This document shows positions 34,233 to 43,378 of a DNA stretch of 63,978 nt, piece after piece. The first letter of the stretch is position 1; each line of letters opens with the position of its first letter. The notes beneath the pieces are model-generated. The model was given only the letters and a program-made list of their open reading frames with translations, searched no databases and was not told where the DNA came from. The translations under genes were made by a program, and so were the position numbers. This DNA comes from an uncultured Omnitrophica bacterium (GTDB taxonomy: Bacteria; Omnitrophota; Gorgyraeia; JACQQV01), in assembly GCA_947085655.1 (NCBI GenBank), contig CAMTXH010000016.1, positions 1 through 63,978 of the forward strand. The letters are read 5' to 3'.

Positions 34233-35039
34233 TCAAGGAATTCGGACGCCGGCATATCCTACAACAGCACTCCGATCACCGGAGACATCCCCGCTCGTTT
34301 CATAGCGGACAAGCTCCCCCCGCAAGGCCCCCATTTCCCGTACGTAAGCAATCATTGCACTGACCGGTGCAAAGCCGCACATGGAGATGCCGTGCCGTTT
34401 CACCCGCTTGAGAAGCTCGTCCGCATCAAGGGCCAGAATCGCTTCAATGGCTATTTGATCCTTTTCTTTAGTGACGTCATCCGGTTCGTAATGGGTCATG
34501 TCGCTCGAGGCGATGACTACAACCGGTGCCGGAAGGCGCGACACCGCTGAAGCGAGATCTCTTCCGAAACTCTGATAGGCGCTGAAATCTTCCAGCCCGA
34601 TGGTGATGGGAATCATCCGGCTCTCCTTGGAAAAGAACTGCAAAAAGGGGAGCTGAACTTCCAGCGAGTGTTCGTCTCGGTGTGAAGCATCATCCTCTTC
34701 CAATTCCGGGATCGCTTCCAGAAGAAGCTGGGCTCCCTCTCGGTCTACCCTCACATCCCCGAGAGGAGTGCGCCATCGCAGGGCGCCGGAGACGCCGAAC
34801 GGCTTTCCCCTTCCGGTATGGTTGGTGCCGAGGAAAATGACGGTGGAAGGCCACAGGAGCGAGGCATACACCTCCCCAGCCACCCTTCCGGAATAGACAA
34901 GTCCCGCATGCGGAACCAGAAGTGCTTTGGCCTGTCTCGGCTCGCTCTTTTTCGGAAGGAATGCCCTCACTTGCTTCAAAAGCGCTTCCGGATCCCCTTC
35001 ATAAAACTGGCCTGCGACGCAGGGATGACGAATGCTCAT
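34233..35039 (-). CDS. AmmeMemoRadiSam system protein B (MEMO1 family)
   Basis: Motifs RHPCVAGQFYEGDPEAL, LVPHAGLVYSG, DEHSLEVQLPFLQ and SSDMTHY. I moved the start to the ATG at 35039. Confidence 0.85.
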   Translation of the reverse strand: MSIRHPCVAGQFYEGDPEALLKQVRAFLPKKSEPRQAKALLVPHAGLVYSGRVAGEVYASLLWPSTVIFLGTNHTGRGKPFGVSGALRWRTPLGDVRVDREGAQLLLEAIPELEEDDASHRDEHSLEVQLPFLQFFSKESRMIPITIGLEDFSAYQSFGRDLASAVSRLPAPVVVIASSDMTHYEPDDVTKEKDQIAIEAILALDADELLKRVKRHGISMCGFAPVSAMIAYVREMGALRGELVRYETSGDVSGDRSAVVGYAGVRIP

Positions 35040-37671
35040 TCCCTTTTTTACTTTCCGGGAAGACAAAAATGGTGGCCCTTCTCCCCAGATCAAGATAGGT
35101 TTCTGCAACCCGACGAATGTCCTCTGCCGTAACGGCACGGATATTCGCTTCGTATTGCCGGTATCGGTCATACCCAAGTCCATAAAGTTCGTCCAATGCC
35201 GCTTGAAAGGAGAAGGAGCCAGGTGTCTGGATGGAGAGTTTGTGAAGGTTGATGAGACTTTCCTTGGCCCGATGGATCGCCTCTTCTGGAACCGGTTCCT
35301 TCTGGAGAGAGGCGATTTCGTTCAAAATAAGTTCCTCCACGCCCGAGAGCGCCTCCTCCGTTGTCGCCACATAAAAAACATAATAACCGGGATCATATCC
35401 CCATACCGGATACGCGGCAAGGGTGTAGGCCTGCCCCAGTTTTTCTCGTATTTCCGTATAGAGCCGACCGCTTCCCCCCGAAAGAATGGCGGTCAAGACT
35501 TCAAACGGATAGTAGTCTTCATCGCGAATGGAAATTCCGTGGAAGCCGATCAAAAGGAGTGTCTGCTCTTTGGGCAGGTATTGAACCGCTTGCCGGGGCT
35601 CTTCAAGCGGCGGCTCTGGAGGAGGGTTTGCCCCTTCTCCTTCGCCTCCCCGAAGATTCCCGAACAGCTCCTCCGCACTCTTTTTCGTCTCCTCCAAGTC
35701 AATATCTCCGAAAACGGTGACAACCATCTGATCTGGCCTCAACACCCTCCTGTGGAATTGCAACAGGTCTTCCCGCGTGAGTTGTGAAATGCTCTCTTCC
35801 CGTCCGAGGGGATAAAAACGGTAGGGATGCTGATGAAACAAGGTCTGACGAAGAAGCCTTCCTCCCACCTGAAAAATTTGGTCCTGACTCAGGCGGATTT
35901 CCCCAAGCGTTCGCTCCCGTTCTTTTTCAAGCTCCTCTTCAGGAAAGGCAGGGTGTGCCACCAAGTCGGCTAAAATTCGCAACCCCTCCGGAAGATCTTC
36001 CTTCAACACCTTGAGCTGAAGCCCGAAACTGTTCTGCCCGCTGAAGGGCGCGAACTCCGCTCCCCGTGCATCGATCCACTCCGCAATTTCCTCTTCGCTC
36101 TTATGGAGGGTTCCCTTCGGAATCATCTGAGCGAAAAAATTGGAGATTCCCTCGTTCGAGGACTCTTCAAACCGGAGCCCACCCATCAGGGCGACGCCCA
36201 GGGAAACGGTGGGCTGGTTGGCATCCCGGTGAAGAAGGAGGCGGGTCCCGTTTGAAAGAACAAATTTTTGGATGGTTCTTTCCGGCTGGCTTTCGGAAAC
36301 AGGGACATTCTCTTCTTTGGAAAATCCTTCCGGAACCAGACTGGCGATGGTTAAATTATCATCCTTAAGATAACCCTCTGCGACCCGTTGAACCTCTTCC
36401 CGGGTGACTTCTTTGATCCTGCGGACATATCTTTCCGAAAACAGAGGATCAAGTCCCACCGCTTCATTTTCCGCAAGATCGTTTGCCTGGGCCTCAATGG
36501 TCTCCCGGTCAAAATAAAAACTCGCTAGGACCTTTCGTTTGGCCTTTTCCAGCTCCTCTTCCTTTACCCCTTCCCGTTGAATTCGGGAGATTTCATCCTG
36601 GATGGCCTGGAGTGTTTTAGAAAGATTGTCCGGCTCAAGAAGGGCCCCGATACCGAGGATCCCCGGATCAACCGGCGTATAATGGTAAGCGTCGATGTCG
36701 TAGACGAGCCTCTTCTCCTTCCGGAGGGATTTGACAAGCCGAGAACTCTCTCCGTCCCCCAAAAGGATGGCCAACACGTCAAGGGGAACCATGTCCGGAT
36801 GCGTGACATTGACCGTGTGATAACCCATCTGGAGATGCGCCATTTGAATGGGAAGTGTCTTTTGGAGGCGACGGAGGCCCCGCTGAGGCGATTCCATCAC
36901 CCTCGGTTCTGGTGGAAAAGATTTCCGCTCAAACTGCTGAAAGTATTTCTCGACGGAGGCGAGTGCTTTTTCCGTCTCAAGATCCCCCACCATCACCAAG
37001 ATCATGTTGTTAGGAATGTATTTTTCCCGGTAATACGCCAGGAGATCCTCGTGCGTCAAACCGCGCAACAGAGAGTCATACCCGATAACGGGATGACGGT
37101 ACGGATGTTCCCGGAAGGCACTTTCCCAGAAGAGACGGCCCACCAATCGCTCGGGATCGTCCCGGTTCAATCGGATTTCGCCCAGAATGACCTCTTTCTC
37201 TTTTGCAAATTCTTCCGGATCCATGAGGAGATGCGTCAGAGCATCTGCCAGAAGCGCAAGAGTATCCTCCAAATAGTCACGGTTGACGACGAGACTGTAC
37301 CCGGTGACATCAAAAGAGGTGAAAGCGTTGATGTCCCCTCCATAGGACTGAATCGTCTTGGAAATTTCCCCCACGCCCCGGGTGGGGGTCCCCTTAAAGA
37401 ACATATGTTCCACCGCATGGCTGATGCCGCTTCCGGTCCAACGGCCTTCATGGGCGGAGCCGGTTTTCACATAAACCAATAGGGAAACCATCGGCGTTCG
37501 ATGGTCTTCTTTGACGAGAAGGGTTAAACCGTTCTCAAGAATATGACGGGTAACCGACGAAGAGGCCACCGGTAGGACCAGGGAGTCCTCCGCGGCCTTC
37601 TGAGATTGGAATCCGCAGGCAGGCAGAAAACAAAGAATAAGCGAAAGAAAAAAGACCTTTTTTCGGCTCAT
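34999..37671 (-). CDS. tandem M16 (pitrilysin/insulinase-like) zinc peptidase, probable lipoprotein
   Basis: The lipobox LPACG follows a signal peptide. The first unit has HAVEHMFFKG (HxxEH). The second M16 unit lacks the motif, the usual active/inactive tandem arrangement. Confidence 0.85.
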   Translation of the reverse strand: MSRKKVFFLSLILCFLPACGFQSQKAAEDSLVLPVASSSVTRHILENGLTLLVKEDHRTPMVSLLVYVKTGSAHEGRWTGSGISHAVEHMFFKGTPTRGVGEISKTIQSYGGDINAFTSFDVTGYSLVVNRDYLEDTLALLADALTHLLMDPEEFAKEKEVILGEIRLNRDDPERLVGRLFWESAFREHPYRHPVIGYDSLLRGLTHEDLLAYYREKYIPNNMILVMVGDLETEKALASVEKYFQQFERKSFPPEPRVMESPQRGLRRLQKTLPIQMAHLQMGYHTVNVTHPDMVPLDVLAILLGDGESSRLVKSLRKEKRLVYDIDAYHYTPVDPGILGIGALLEPDNLSKTLQAIQDEISRIQREGVKEEELEKAKRKVLASFYFDRETIEAQANDLAENEAVGLDPLFSERYVRRIKEVTREEVQRVAEGYLKDDNLTIASLVPEGFSKEENVPVSESQPERTIQKFVLSNGTRLLLHRDANQPTVSLGVALMGGLRFEESSNEGISNFFAQMIPKGTLHKSEEEIAEWIDARGAEFAPFSGQNSFGLQLKVLKEDLPEGLRILADLVAHPAFPEEELEKERERTLGEIRLSQDQIFQVGGRLLRQTLFHQHPYRFYPLGREESISQLTREDLLQFHRRVLRPDQMVVTVFGDIDLEETKKSAEELFGNLRGGEGEGANPPPEPPLEEPRQAVQYLPKEQTLLLIGFHGISIRDEDYYPFEVLTAILSGGSGRLYTEIREKLGQAYTLAAYPVWGYDPGYYVFYVATTEEALSGVEELILNEIASLQKEPVPEEAIHRAKESLINLHKLSIQTPGSFSFQAALDELYGLGYDRYRQYEANIRAVTAEDIRRVAETYLDLGRRATIFVFPESKKGNEHSSSLRRRPVL

Positions 37672-37693
37672 GGAAACGGCCGTTCATTCGGGA

Positions 37694-37864
37694 TTATCGT
37701 CTTCGGATGTTCCGCCTCATTTTGCGGCGCTTGCGCTCACTCGGCTTCTCATAGTGCTTTTTTGCCTTCAGGGCTTTCAGCACCCCTTCCCGTTCAATTT
37801 TTTTCTTGAGTCGTCGTAGCGCCCTTTCTAACGGTTCATCTTCTCTGATTTCCACTCTCGGCAT
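37694..37864 (-). CDS. rpsU: 30S ribosomal protein S21, 56 aa
   Basis: My own translation is MPRVEIREDEPLERALRRLKKKIEREGVLKALKAKKHYEKPSERKRRKMRRNIRRR. It is below the ORF-track cutoff. Confidence 0.9.
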   Translation of the reverse strand: MPRVEIREDEPLERALRRLKKKIEREGVLKALKAKKHYEKPSERKRRKMRRNIRRR

Positions 37865-37895
37865 GATTTGAACTCTCCTTCTCGATTCCGATGCC

Positions 37896-38585
37896 TCATT
37901 CTCCGATAAACGTAATCACTACCCGAAACGGAATAAGGGGACGTCGAAGCCCTTCCGGAAAGGGCGGAAAGGGGGAGGCCTGAATGACGCTTTCCATCGC
38001 CAATGCCCGAAGTTTCCGGTTCTGAAAGCTCTTTTCCCCAAGAACCTCCGCCGTTTTCAATTTTCCGCTTGAAAAAAGAATGAAACTTAAGGCGACCGTT
38101 CCCTCTCCCGGTTTTCCCGGAAGATACTGCCGTTGAAGTCGCTGGCGGATCCGTTCCCGGACCGTTTGGTAATAGGCGTAAAAAATGGGACGTTCCTCTT
38201 CCGTCAGCTGAAGGGCATTCGCCACTGCCTCTTCGTCAGAAAGTCCCTTCGCCCCGCCGGCCGCATCAGGCCACGGAGGAAACGTTCCCTGCTCCACAGA
38301 GGAGATAACCTCCCTCTCGAATTCCGGTTCGGTTTTAAGCTCCGGCAGTGCGAGAGGGGTTGTTTGTTTCGGTAACGTTACCTCTGGTTCCACCTTTTGG
38401 GGTGCCTGCAACGTTTCGGAAAACATCTTACCCGCGTATAACACATCCAGCATCCGTTCGGACGGAAAAGAGACAGTCTGGGTACGCCCGGAGACCCTCG
38501 GAAAGACGCCCGCGCTGAAAAATAAAAGGAGGTGAAGGATTGAAGAGAACAAAACGGCTCCCGAAAAGGAATTCCATCTTATCAT
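37896..38585 (-). CDS. TonB-family C-terminal-domain protein
   Basis: It has an N-terminal TM anchor, a Pro/Glu-rich linker and a C-terminal GTVALSFILFSSGKL...ASPFPPFPEGL...FRVVITF (TonB_C-like) region. Confidence 0.55.
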   Translation of the reverse strand: MIRWNSFSGAVLFSSILHLLLFFSAGVFPRVSGRTQTVSFPSERMLDVLYAGKMFSETLQAPQKVEPEVTLPKQTTPLALPELKTEPEFEREVISSVEQGTFPPWPDAAGGAKGLSDEEAVANALQLTEEERPIFYAYYQTVRERIRQRLQRQYLPGKPGEGTVALSFILFSSGKLKTAEVLGEKSFQNRKLRALAMESVIQASPFPPFPEGLRRPLIPFRVVITFIGE

Positions 38586-38626
38586 AACCCCCTTATTATA
38601 AACGGGATAGTCTCTTTTGTCAATAC

Positions 38627-39058
38627 TTAATCAGCCTCTGTTTTCCGATGGTAAAGGGCGATTTTCATCTGCTTCCATCCTTCGTACGGCTCCTTCAGCC
38701 AACGAAGACAAAGCTGCCGGCCATCCCGGAGATCCAAGAGGAGCCGACCAGTCCTGAAAAATCGGTCGATCGGGTTTTGACGAATTTGTACCCGCCGGAT
38801 GTCTTCAAGCGAAAGGCGTCTGGTTGACCCGAGCCTCCGGATTGTCAACATCCGCTTATCCAGAGAAACACTCGTAAAAGTAAAAAAATAGATCGGGAGA
38901 AACAAAGCGGGTAAAAGAAAAAGCCCAAAAGAGTATCTCCTAAAAAAAAGAAGGGCGATCAAAGAGAGAAAAAGAAAGGGGGACAGAAACCGGAGCGTCC
39001 CGGTCCTCCCCACCCACAAAGGCTCTTGTTTCGATGAATGTTGAGATGTCATGGCCAT
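38627..39058 (-). CDS. membrane protein with bacterial PH (bPH_2/YdbS-like) domain
   Basis: Two TM helices precede RRVQIRQNPIDRFFRTGRLLLDL. The start is the ATG at 39058 or at 39052; the latter gives an ATGA overlap. Confidence 0.45.
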   Translation of the reverse strand: MAMTSQHSSKQEPLWVGRTGTLRFLSPFLFLSLIALLFFRRYSFGLFLLPALFLPIYFFTFTSVSLDKRMLTIRRLGSTRRLSLEDIRRVQIRQNPIDRFFRTGRLLLDLRDGRQLCLRWLKEPYEGWKQMKIALYHRKTEAD

Positions 39059-40047
39059 GAAAAGAAACGGAGGGAGCGACCGATTCCCTTTTGCCGGGCC
39101 TTCTTGAAAAGAGCCCAAGCCACCGCAATGTCCTGTATCGCAAGCCCTGTGGCATCAAAGAGTGTAATCTCTTTTTCGTTCCGACGCCCCCGCCGAATTC
39201 CGCAGAGAACTTCTCCTAGCGTTCCTTTGATTTGTTTCGGATGAATCTCCCCTCTTGCAATGGGAACGTTGATCTCTCCGCTCTCCGCAGCTTGATGCCG
39301 GTCATCGACGAAGATCCTTGCCATTTTCAGAAGGTCGCTGGGCAGTTCCCGCTTTCCCGCCGCATCGGCTCCAATGGCATTGATATGAGTTCCGGGAACG
39401 ATCCACTCTCTCCGGATGAGAGGACGCCGGCTCGGGGTGGAGGTGACCACCAGGTCGGCCCCTTGCACCGTCTCGTGAATTGTTTTTTTTGCCTCGAGCG
39501 GGAGACGGAGCCGCTTCATATTCTGGTAAAAACGGTTCCGGTTGGAAGGGGTGAGTCCCCAAAAGCGGACCTGTTTGATCGGAAATACCTTCGAGAGAAA
39601 AAGGAGCTGGGTTTCCGCCTGAACGCCGCAGCCGACCAATCCGACCGTCCTGCAATTTCGCCTCGCTAACACTTTGGCGGCGACCGCAGCGGTGGCTCCT
39701 GTCCGCATTTTCGTGATAGTGGTGCCGTCAAGAATTGCAAGAGGGAAACCGGTGCGGGGGTCGTTCAGAATAATGATGGCCATGACAGAGGGAATCCCTC
39801 TTCTGGAATTGCGGGGATGCGCGTTCACCCATTTGATTCCGCAGCGGAGGGGGCTATCCAGAAAAGCAGGCATGGCCCTGAAATCTCCGGTCAGTTGGGG
39901 GAGATCCAGATACAACTTGGAAGGAAGAATCACTTTTCCCTCTCCATGGGACCGGAAGGTCGCTTCGGCAATGGCAAGATACTCCTCCGGTGAAAGGAGC
40001 GGCCGGATCTCCTTCTCTGTCAAAAGAAGGGTGCTAAGAGGAGGCAT
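39049..40047 (-). CDS. ornithine cyclodeaminase/mu-crystallin family protein
   Basis: It has KWVNAHP.N, TGATAAVAAKVLAR and the Rossmann motif VGLVGCGVQA. The start is the ATG at 40047, with an alternative TTG at 40068. Confidence 0.8.
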   Translation of the reverse strand: MPPLSTLLLTEKEIRPLLSPEEYLAIAEATFRSHGEGKVILPSKLYLDLPQLTGDFRAMPAFLDSPLRCGIKWVNAHPRNSRRGIPSVMAIIILNDPRTGFPLAILDGTTITKMRTGATAAVAAKVLARRNCRTVGLVGCGVQAETQLLFLSKVFPIKQVRFWGLTPSNRNRFYQNMKRLRLPLEAKKTIHETVQGADLVVTSTPSRRPLIRREWIVPGTHINAIGADAAGKRELPSDLLKMARIFVDDRHQAAESGEINVPIARGEIHPKQIKGTLGEVLCGIRRGRRNEKEITLFDATGLAIQDIAVAWALFKKARQKGIGRSLRFFSWP

Positions 40048-40696
40048 GATGATCAACCGTTTTTTCAATCAAAGGGACAAACGCACATCCGCAGACTTCC
40101 ATCGCAAAAATTTCCCCCTTTTGCTTCCAAAGCAGGGTCAGGATCTGGGAGGGAAATCCTCCCAGGGGAATGACCATCCGTCTCCCCTCTTTCATTTGGG
40201 AAAGAAGTGCCGGTGGAACAAAGGGAACTGCGCAGCTAACGAGAATGCCGTCATAGGGTGCAAAATCGGGCCATCCCTCTGCCCCGTTCCCAACCCGGAA
40301 AAAAACGTTTTTGAAACCGAGACGACAAAGTCTTTCCCGGGCTTTTGTCGAGAGTTCCGGAATTCGCTCTATCGTATAGACAGACTCACAAAGAGACGCG
40401 AGGATAGCTGCCTGATATCCGGAGCCGGTCCCGACTTCCAAAATCCGGAAAGAAGCCTCCGGCAAAAGAGACTGCGTCATCAGCGCCACGATATAGGGCT
40501 GAGAAATGGTTTGGTCCAGGCCGATCGGGATCGGGTGGTCTTCATAGGCCTGTTTTTCCAAACGTTCCGGAACGAACAGGTGGCGCGGGACCTGGCGAAA
40601 AACTTCCAGAATGCGGGTATCGCTAATCCCTCTTTTTTCGAGCTGCTGTGTGACCATTTGAAAACGGAGATGGTCAAGCCTTTTCCGATCAACCAT
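40034..40696 (-). CDS. pcm: protein-L-isoaspartate O-methyltransferase
   Basis: It has PRHLFVPE, QTISQPYIVALM and the SAM motif ILEVGTGSGYQAA. I moved the start to the ATG at 40696. Confidence 0.92.
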   Translation of the reverse strand: MVDRKRLDHLRFQMVTQQLEKRGISDTRILEVFRQVPRHLFVPERLEKQAYEDHPIPIGLDQTISQPYIVALMTQSLLPEASFRILEVGTGSGYQAAILASLCESVYTIERIPELSTKARERLCRLGFKNVFFRVGNGAEGWPDFAPYDGILVSCAVPFVPPALLSQMKEGRRMVIPLGGFPSQILTLLWKQKGEIFAMEVCGCAFVPLIEKTVDHHASS

Positions 40697-41381
40697 TTTT
40701 CCCTTTCTCTTTTTTCGAAGGTTTTTTGAAAAGGAGACGAAGGAAAAAGTAGGTATCCCGGATCGGCTGGATGTTGCTTTTTTGGTTCTGATAAATAGTT
40801 TGGATCGGGACAGAAGCAATTTTAAAGCCGTGCCGTCTCGCTTCAATCAAAATTTCTGAGTCAATGGCAAAGCGGGTGCTTTCGATTTGAATCACACGAA
40901 GGACATCCGCCCGGATGTACCGGAAGCCGCACTGCGTGTCCGGGATGAACACCCCTAACCGGTGGGAGAGGATGAAGGACATGAATTGATTTGTCCACCG
41001 GCGGATGACCGGCATCGAAACATTTTGAGACATCCGGTTGCCGATGATGACGCCCGCATCGGAGCGGGCCGCTTCTCTCAGGAAAATGGGGATATCCTTC
41101 GGGTCATGCTGTCCATCCCCGTCCAAAATAATGCAGCCGTCATACCCTTCCCTTATGAAATATTCGAAACCGGTTCTGAGAGCGGTTCCCTTTCCCCTGT
41201 TCTCGGAATGCCGGATGACAAAGGCCCCTGCCCGGCGCGAGGTTTCCCCCGTGTCATCGGTTGACCCGTCATCTACAACGATGACTCTCTCCACGTAGGG
41301 CTGAATCCGAGCAATCAAGGAGGAAAGACCCTCTGAGACGTTGAAAGCGGGGATGAGCGCTGCAACCCGTTGGGCTCTCAT
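40689..41381 (-). CDS. family-2 glycosyltransferase (Dpm1/GtrB-like)
   Basis: Motifs IPAFN, VVDDGSTDDT, NRGKG and LDGDGQH. Confidence 0.85.
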   Translation of the reverse strand: MRAQRVAALIPAFNVSEGLSSLIARIQPYVERVIVVDDGSTDDTGETSRRAGAFVIRHSENRGKGTALRTGFEYFIREGYDGCIILDGDGQHDPKDIPIFLREAARSDAGVIIGNRMSQNVSMPVIRRWTNQFMSFILSHRLGVFIPDTQCGFRYIRADVLRVIQIESTRFAIDSEILIEARRHGFKIASVPIQTIYQNQKSNIQPIRDTYFFLRLLFKKPSKKEKGKNG

Positions 41382-42247
41382 CCGTCGGCTTCCCGCAGCC
41401 CTTCAAAGAGGAACCATTGGGTCGGATAGCGGCGAATGACGGCCTCCATGATATTCGCGACTTTCTGGGTCATCCGTTGAATGTCGCAGATGGGGTTTTT
41501 CGTTCTTTCCACCTCGACCGGCGGCGCAAACGTCAATCGGAAGCATCCTTTCGCATGTCGAACGACAAAACCGACAATTAAAGGACTCCCGCAACGTCTA
41601 GAAAGAGCCGCCGGCCCGCGGGGGAGATAGAAATCCCGGCCCAGAAAGGAAACGGGAACGCCGTTTGACGAAATGTCCCGGTCGGCCGCCAAAAGGAGAA
41701 TCTCGTTTCGTTTGGCTAAGGTGGAAGCCACGTCCCATACCGACACAGACTTTGTCATGGGAATCACATGGATTCCTTTCCCGGACCTCTCGTTATTGAA
41801 GAGTTCATTCACACGGCGATTCGACTGGTGAAGCACGAGGGCATGAACCGGAAAACCGAGCAGGGACAGCCCCGCGGCTCCCCATTCCCAGTTGCCGAAG
41901 TGTGCGGTCACACCGATCACCCCTTTTCCCTGCCGGAGGGAATTTTGGATATGTTCCAGTCCCTCGATTTCAACCGCATCGAGAAACCGCTTACGGTCTA
42001 TTTGGGAAAGGCGCAGAAAATCAACGATCTGCTTTCCGAAATTCTGGAAGACCTGACGGGCCGCTTGATTTTCGGGCAACGATTTTTCGTCGCGGAGCAA
42101 ACGTAAATTTGTCAAAACCTGCCGGCGGCTTTTACCAGAAAAGGCGAAATGTAAATCCGCAACTCGGTCCGCAATCCAATAGGAAAGGTCGAGCGGGACG
42201 TGGTTCACAACAAAACGCGTAATTCGATAGAGTAAATATTGAACCAT
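41378..42247 (-). CDS. LpxL/HtrB-type lysophospholipid (lipid A-like) acyltransferase
   Basis: It has the motif VTAHFGNWEW (HxxxxD-superfamily LpxL-type HFGNWE) and a size of about 290 aa. Confidence 0.75.
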   Translation of the reverse strand: MVQYLLYRITRFVVNHVPLDLSYWIADRVADLHFAFSGKSRRQVLTNLRLLRDEKSLPENQAARQVFQNFGKQIVDFLRLSQIDRKRFLDAVEIEGLEHIQNSLRQGKGVIGVTAHFGNWEWGAAGLSLLGFPVHALVLHQSNRRVNELFNNERSGKGIHVIPMTKSVSVWDVASTLAKRNEILLLAADRDISSNGVPVSFLGRDFYLPRGPAALSRRCGSPLIVGFVVRHAKGCFRLTFAPPVEVERTKNPICDIQRMTQKVANIMEAVIRRYPTQWFLFEGLREADG

Positions 42248-42250
42248 GAT

Positions 42251-43366
42251 TTACAAAGTCAAAAGAAATGACGCAATTTCGTTTGCGCTTTCGGGCCTTA
42301 TCAACCTCTGCGCCTGCCGGCGCATCGCTTCGCGGGTTTCGGGTTGGGCAAGAAGTTTTTCGACCAGTTCCACCGCTTCCTCCTCATCCTCCGCTTTTAA
42401 CGCGAGTCCCTTTCCAACCAAAAAGTCGGCATTGGAACTTTCCTGACCGCGAATCGGATCGAGCAGAATCATCGGCAGCCGTTTGGTCAGGGCCTCTGAG
42501 GTTGAGAGCCCTCCCGGTTTTGTAATCAGGATGTCAGCGCTTTCCATGAGGGCATCCACTTCCTCCGTATAACCCAATACAAACATCCTCTTTTTGAACC
42601 GTTTTTCCCGTCGCTTCAGGGACCGATATAAGCGCCGATTAAACCCGCAAACGGTAAAAATCTGAACCTTGAGAGGCGAATGCTCCAAGGCCCGGACCAG
42701 TTTTCGGAAAGGACCGAGTCCGCTGCTTCCCCCCATCAAAAGAAGCGTCGGGAGTTTCGGATCGAGGTTGTAGCGTTTTTGGATCTCCCCCTTTTTGTTG
42801 TTTGCGCTGAACTTGGGATCGACCGGGATACCGAACTTCCGGATCCGGTCCGGAGGGATGCCGTTCTGGGACAGACGTTCCACCGCCGTGTCGGATGGAA
42901 CGACGAAATAATCAATCCGATCATGAATCCAGTAGGAATGGGGCAGATAGTCTGTCAGTATTCCGACCAGGGGGGTTGAGAGTGCGCCGTTCTTTTTCAA
43001 ATCAGACACCAACCCGCAGGGGAAGGCCTGGGTGCAGGCAATGACATCCGGGCGGAAGGAATCTAAGAGGGATTGAAATTTTGGAGAATGAAACCGGTGG
43101 ATCAAATGGCGGAGTTTTTGGGTGCTCCGGAGAACCTTGGGATTGTCGTAGAGGTAATCCCAGACTTCAGGGGAAGTGCGGATCAGGCCGGAATAGGTCT
43201 TCTTGATGAACCGTTCCAAAAACGGATTCATGTAATGGAGCGCGTCGATATTCCGAACCGCGACGTTGGGTTGGTAAAGCGCAAGGGCCTTTTCAATCGC
43301 TAGACTCGCCTGGTGATGACCTGAACGGGGTGAAATATACAGAAGGAGAACCCGTTTGACACCCAT
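42251..43366 (-). CDS. MGDG-synthase/UgtP-like GT28 diacylglycerol glycosyltransferase
   Basis: The N-terminus is VLLLYISPRSGHHQASLAIEKAL and the C-terminal GT-B motif is ADILITKPGGLSTSEAL. Confidence 0.75.
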   Translation of the reverse strand: MGVKRVLLLYISPRSGHHQASLAIEKALALYQPNVAVRNIDALHYMNPFLERFIKKTYSGLIRTSPEVWDYLYDNPKVLRSTQKLRHLIHRFHSPKFQSLLDSFRPDVIACTQAFPCGLVSDLKKNGALSTPLVGILTDYLPHSYWIHDRIDYFVVPSDTAVERLSQNGIPPDRIRKFGIPVDPKFSANNKKGEIQKRYNLDPKLPTLLLMGGSSGLGPFRKLVRALEHSPLKVQIFTVCGFNRRLYRSLKRREKRFKKRMFVLGYTEEVDALMESADILITKPGGLSTSEALTKRLPMILLDPIRGQESSNADFLVGKGLALKAEDEEEAVELVEKLLAQPETREAMRRQAQRLIRPESANEIASFLLTL

Positions 43367-43378
43367 GGCATGTCCTGC

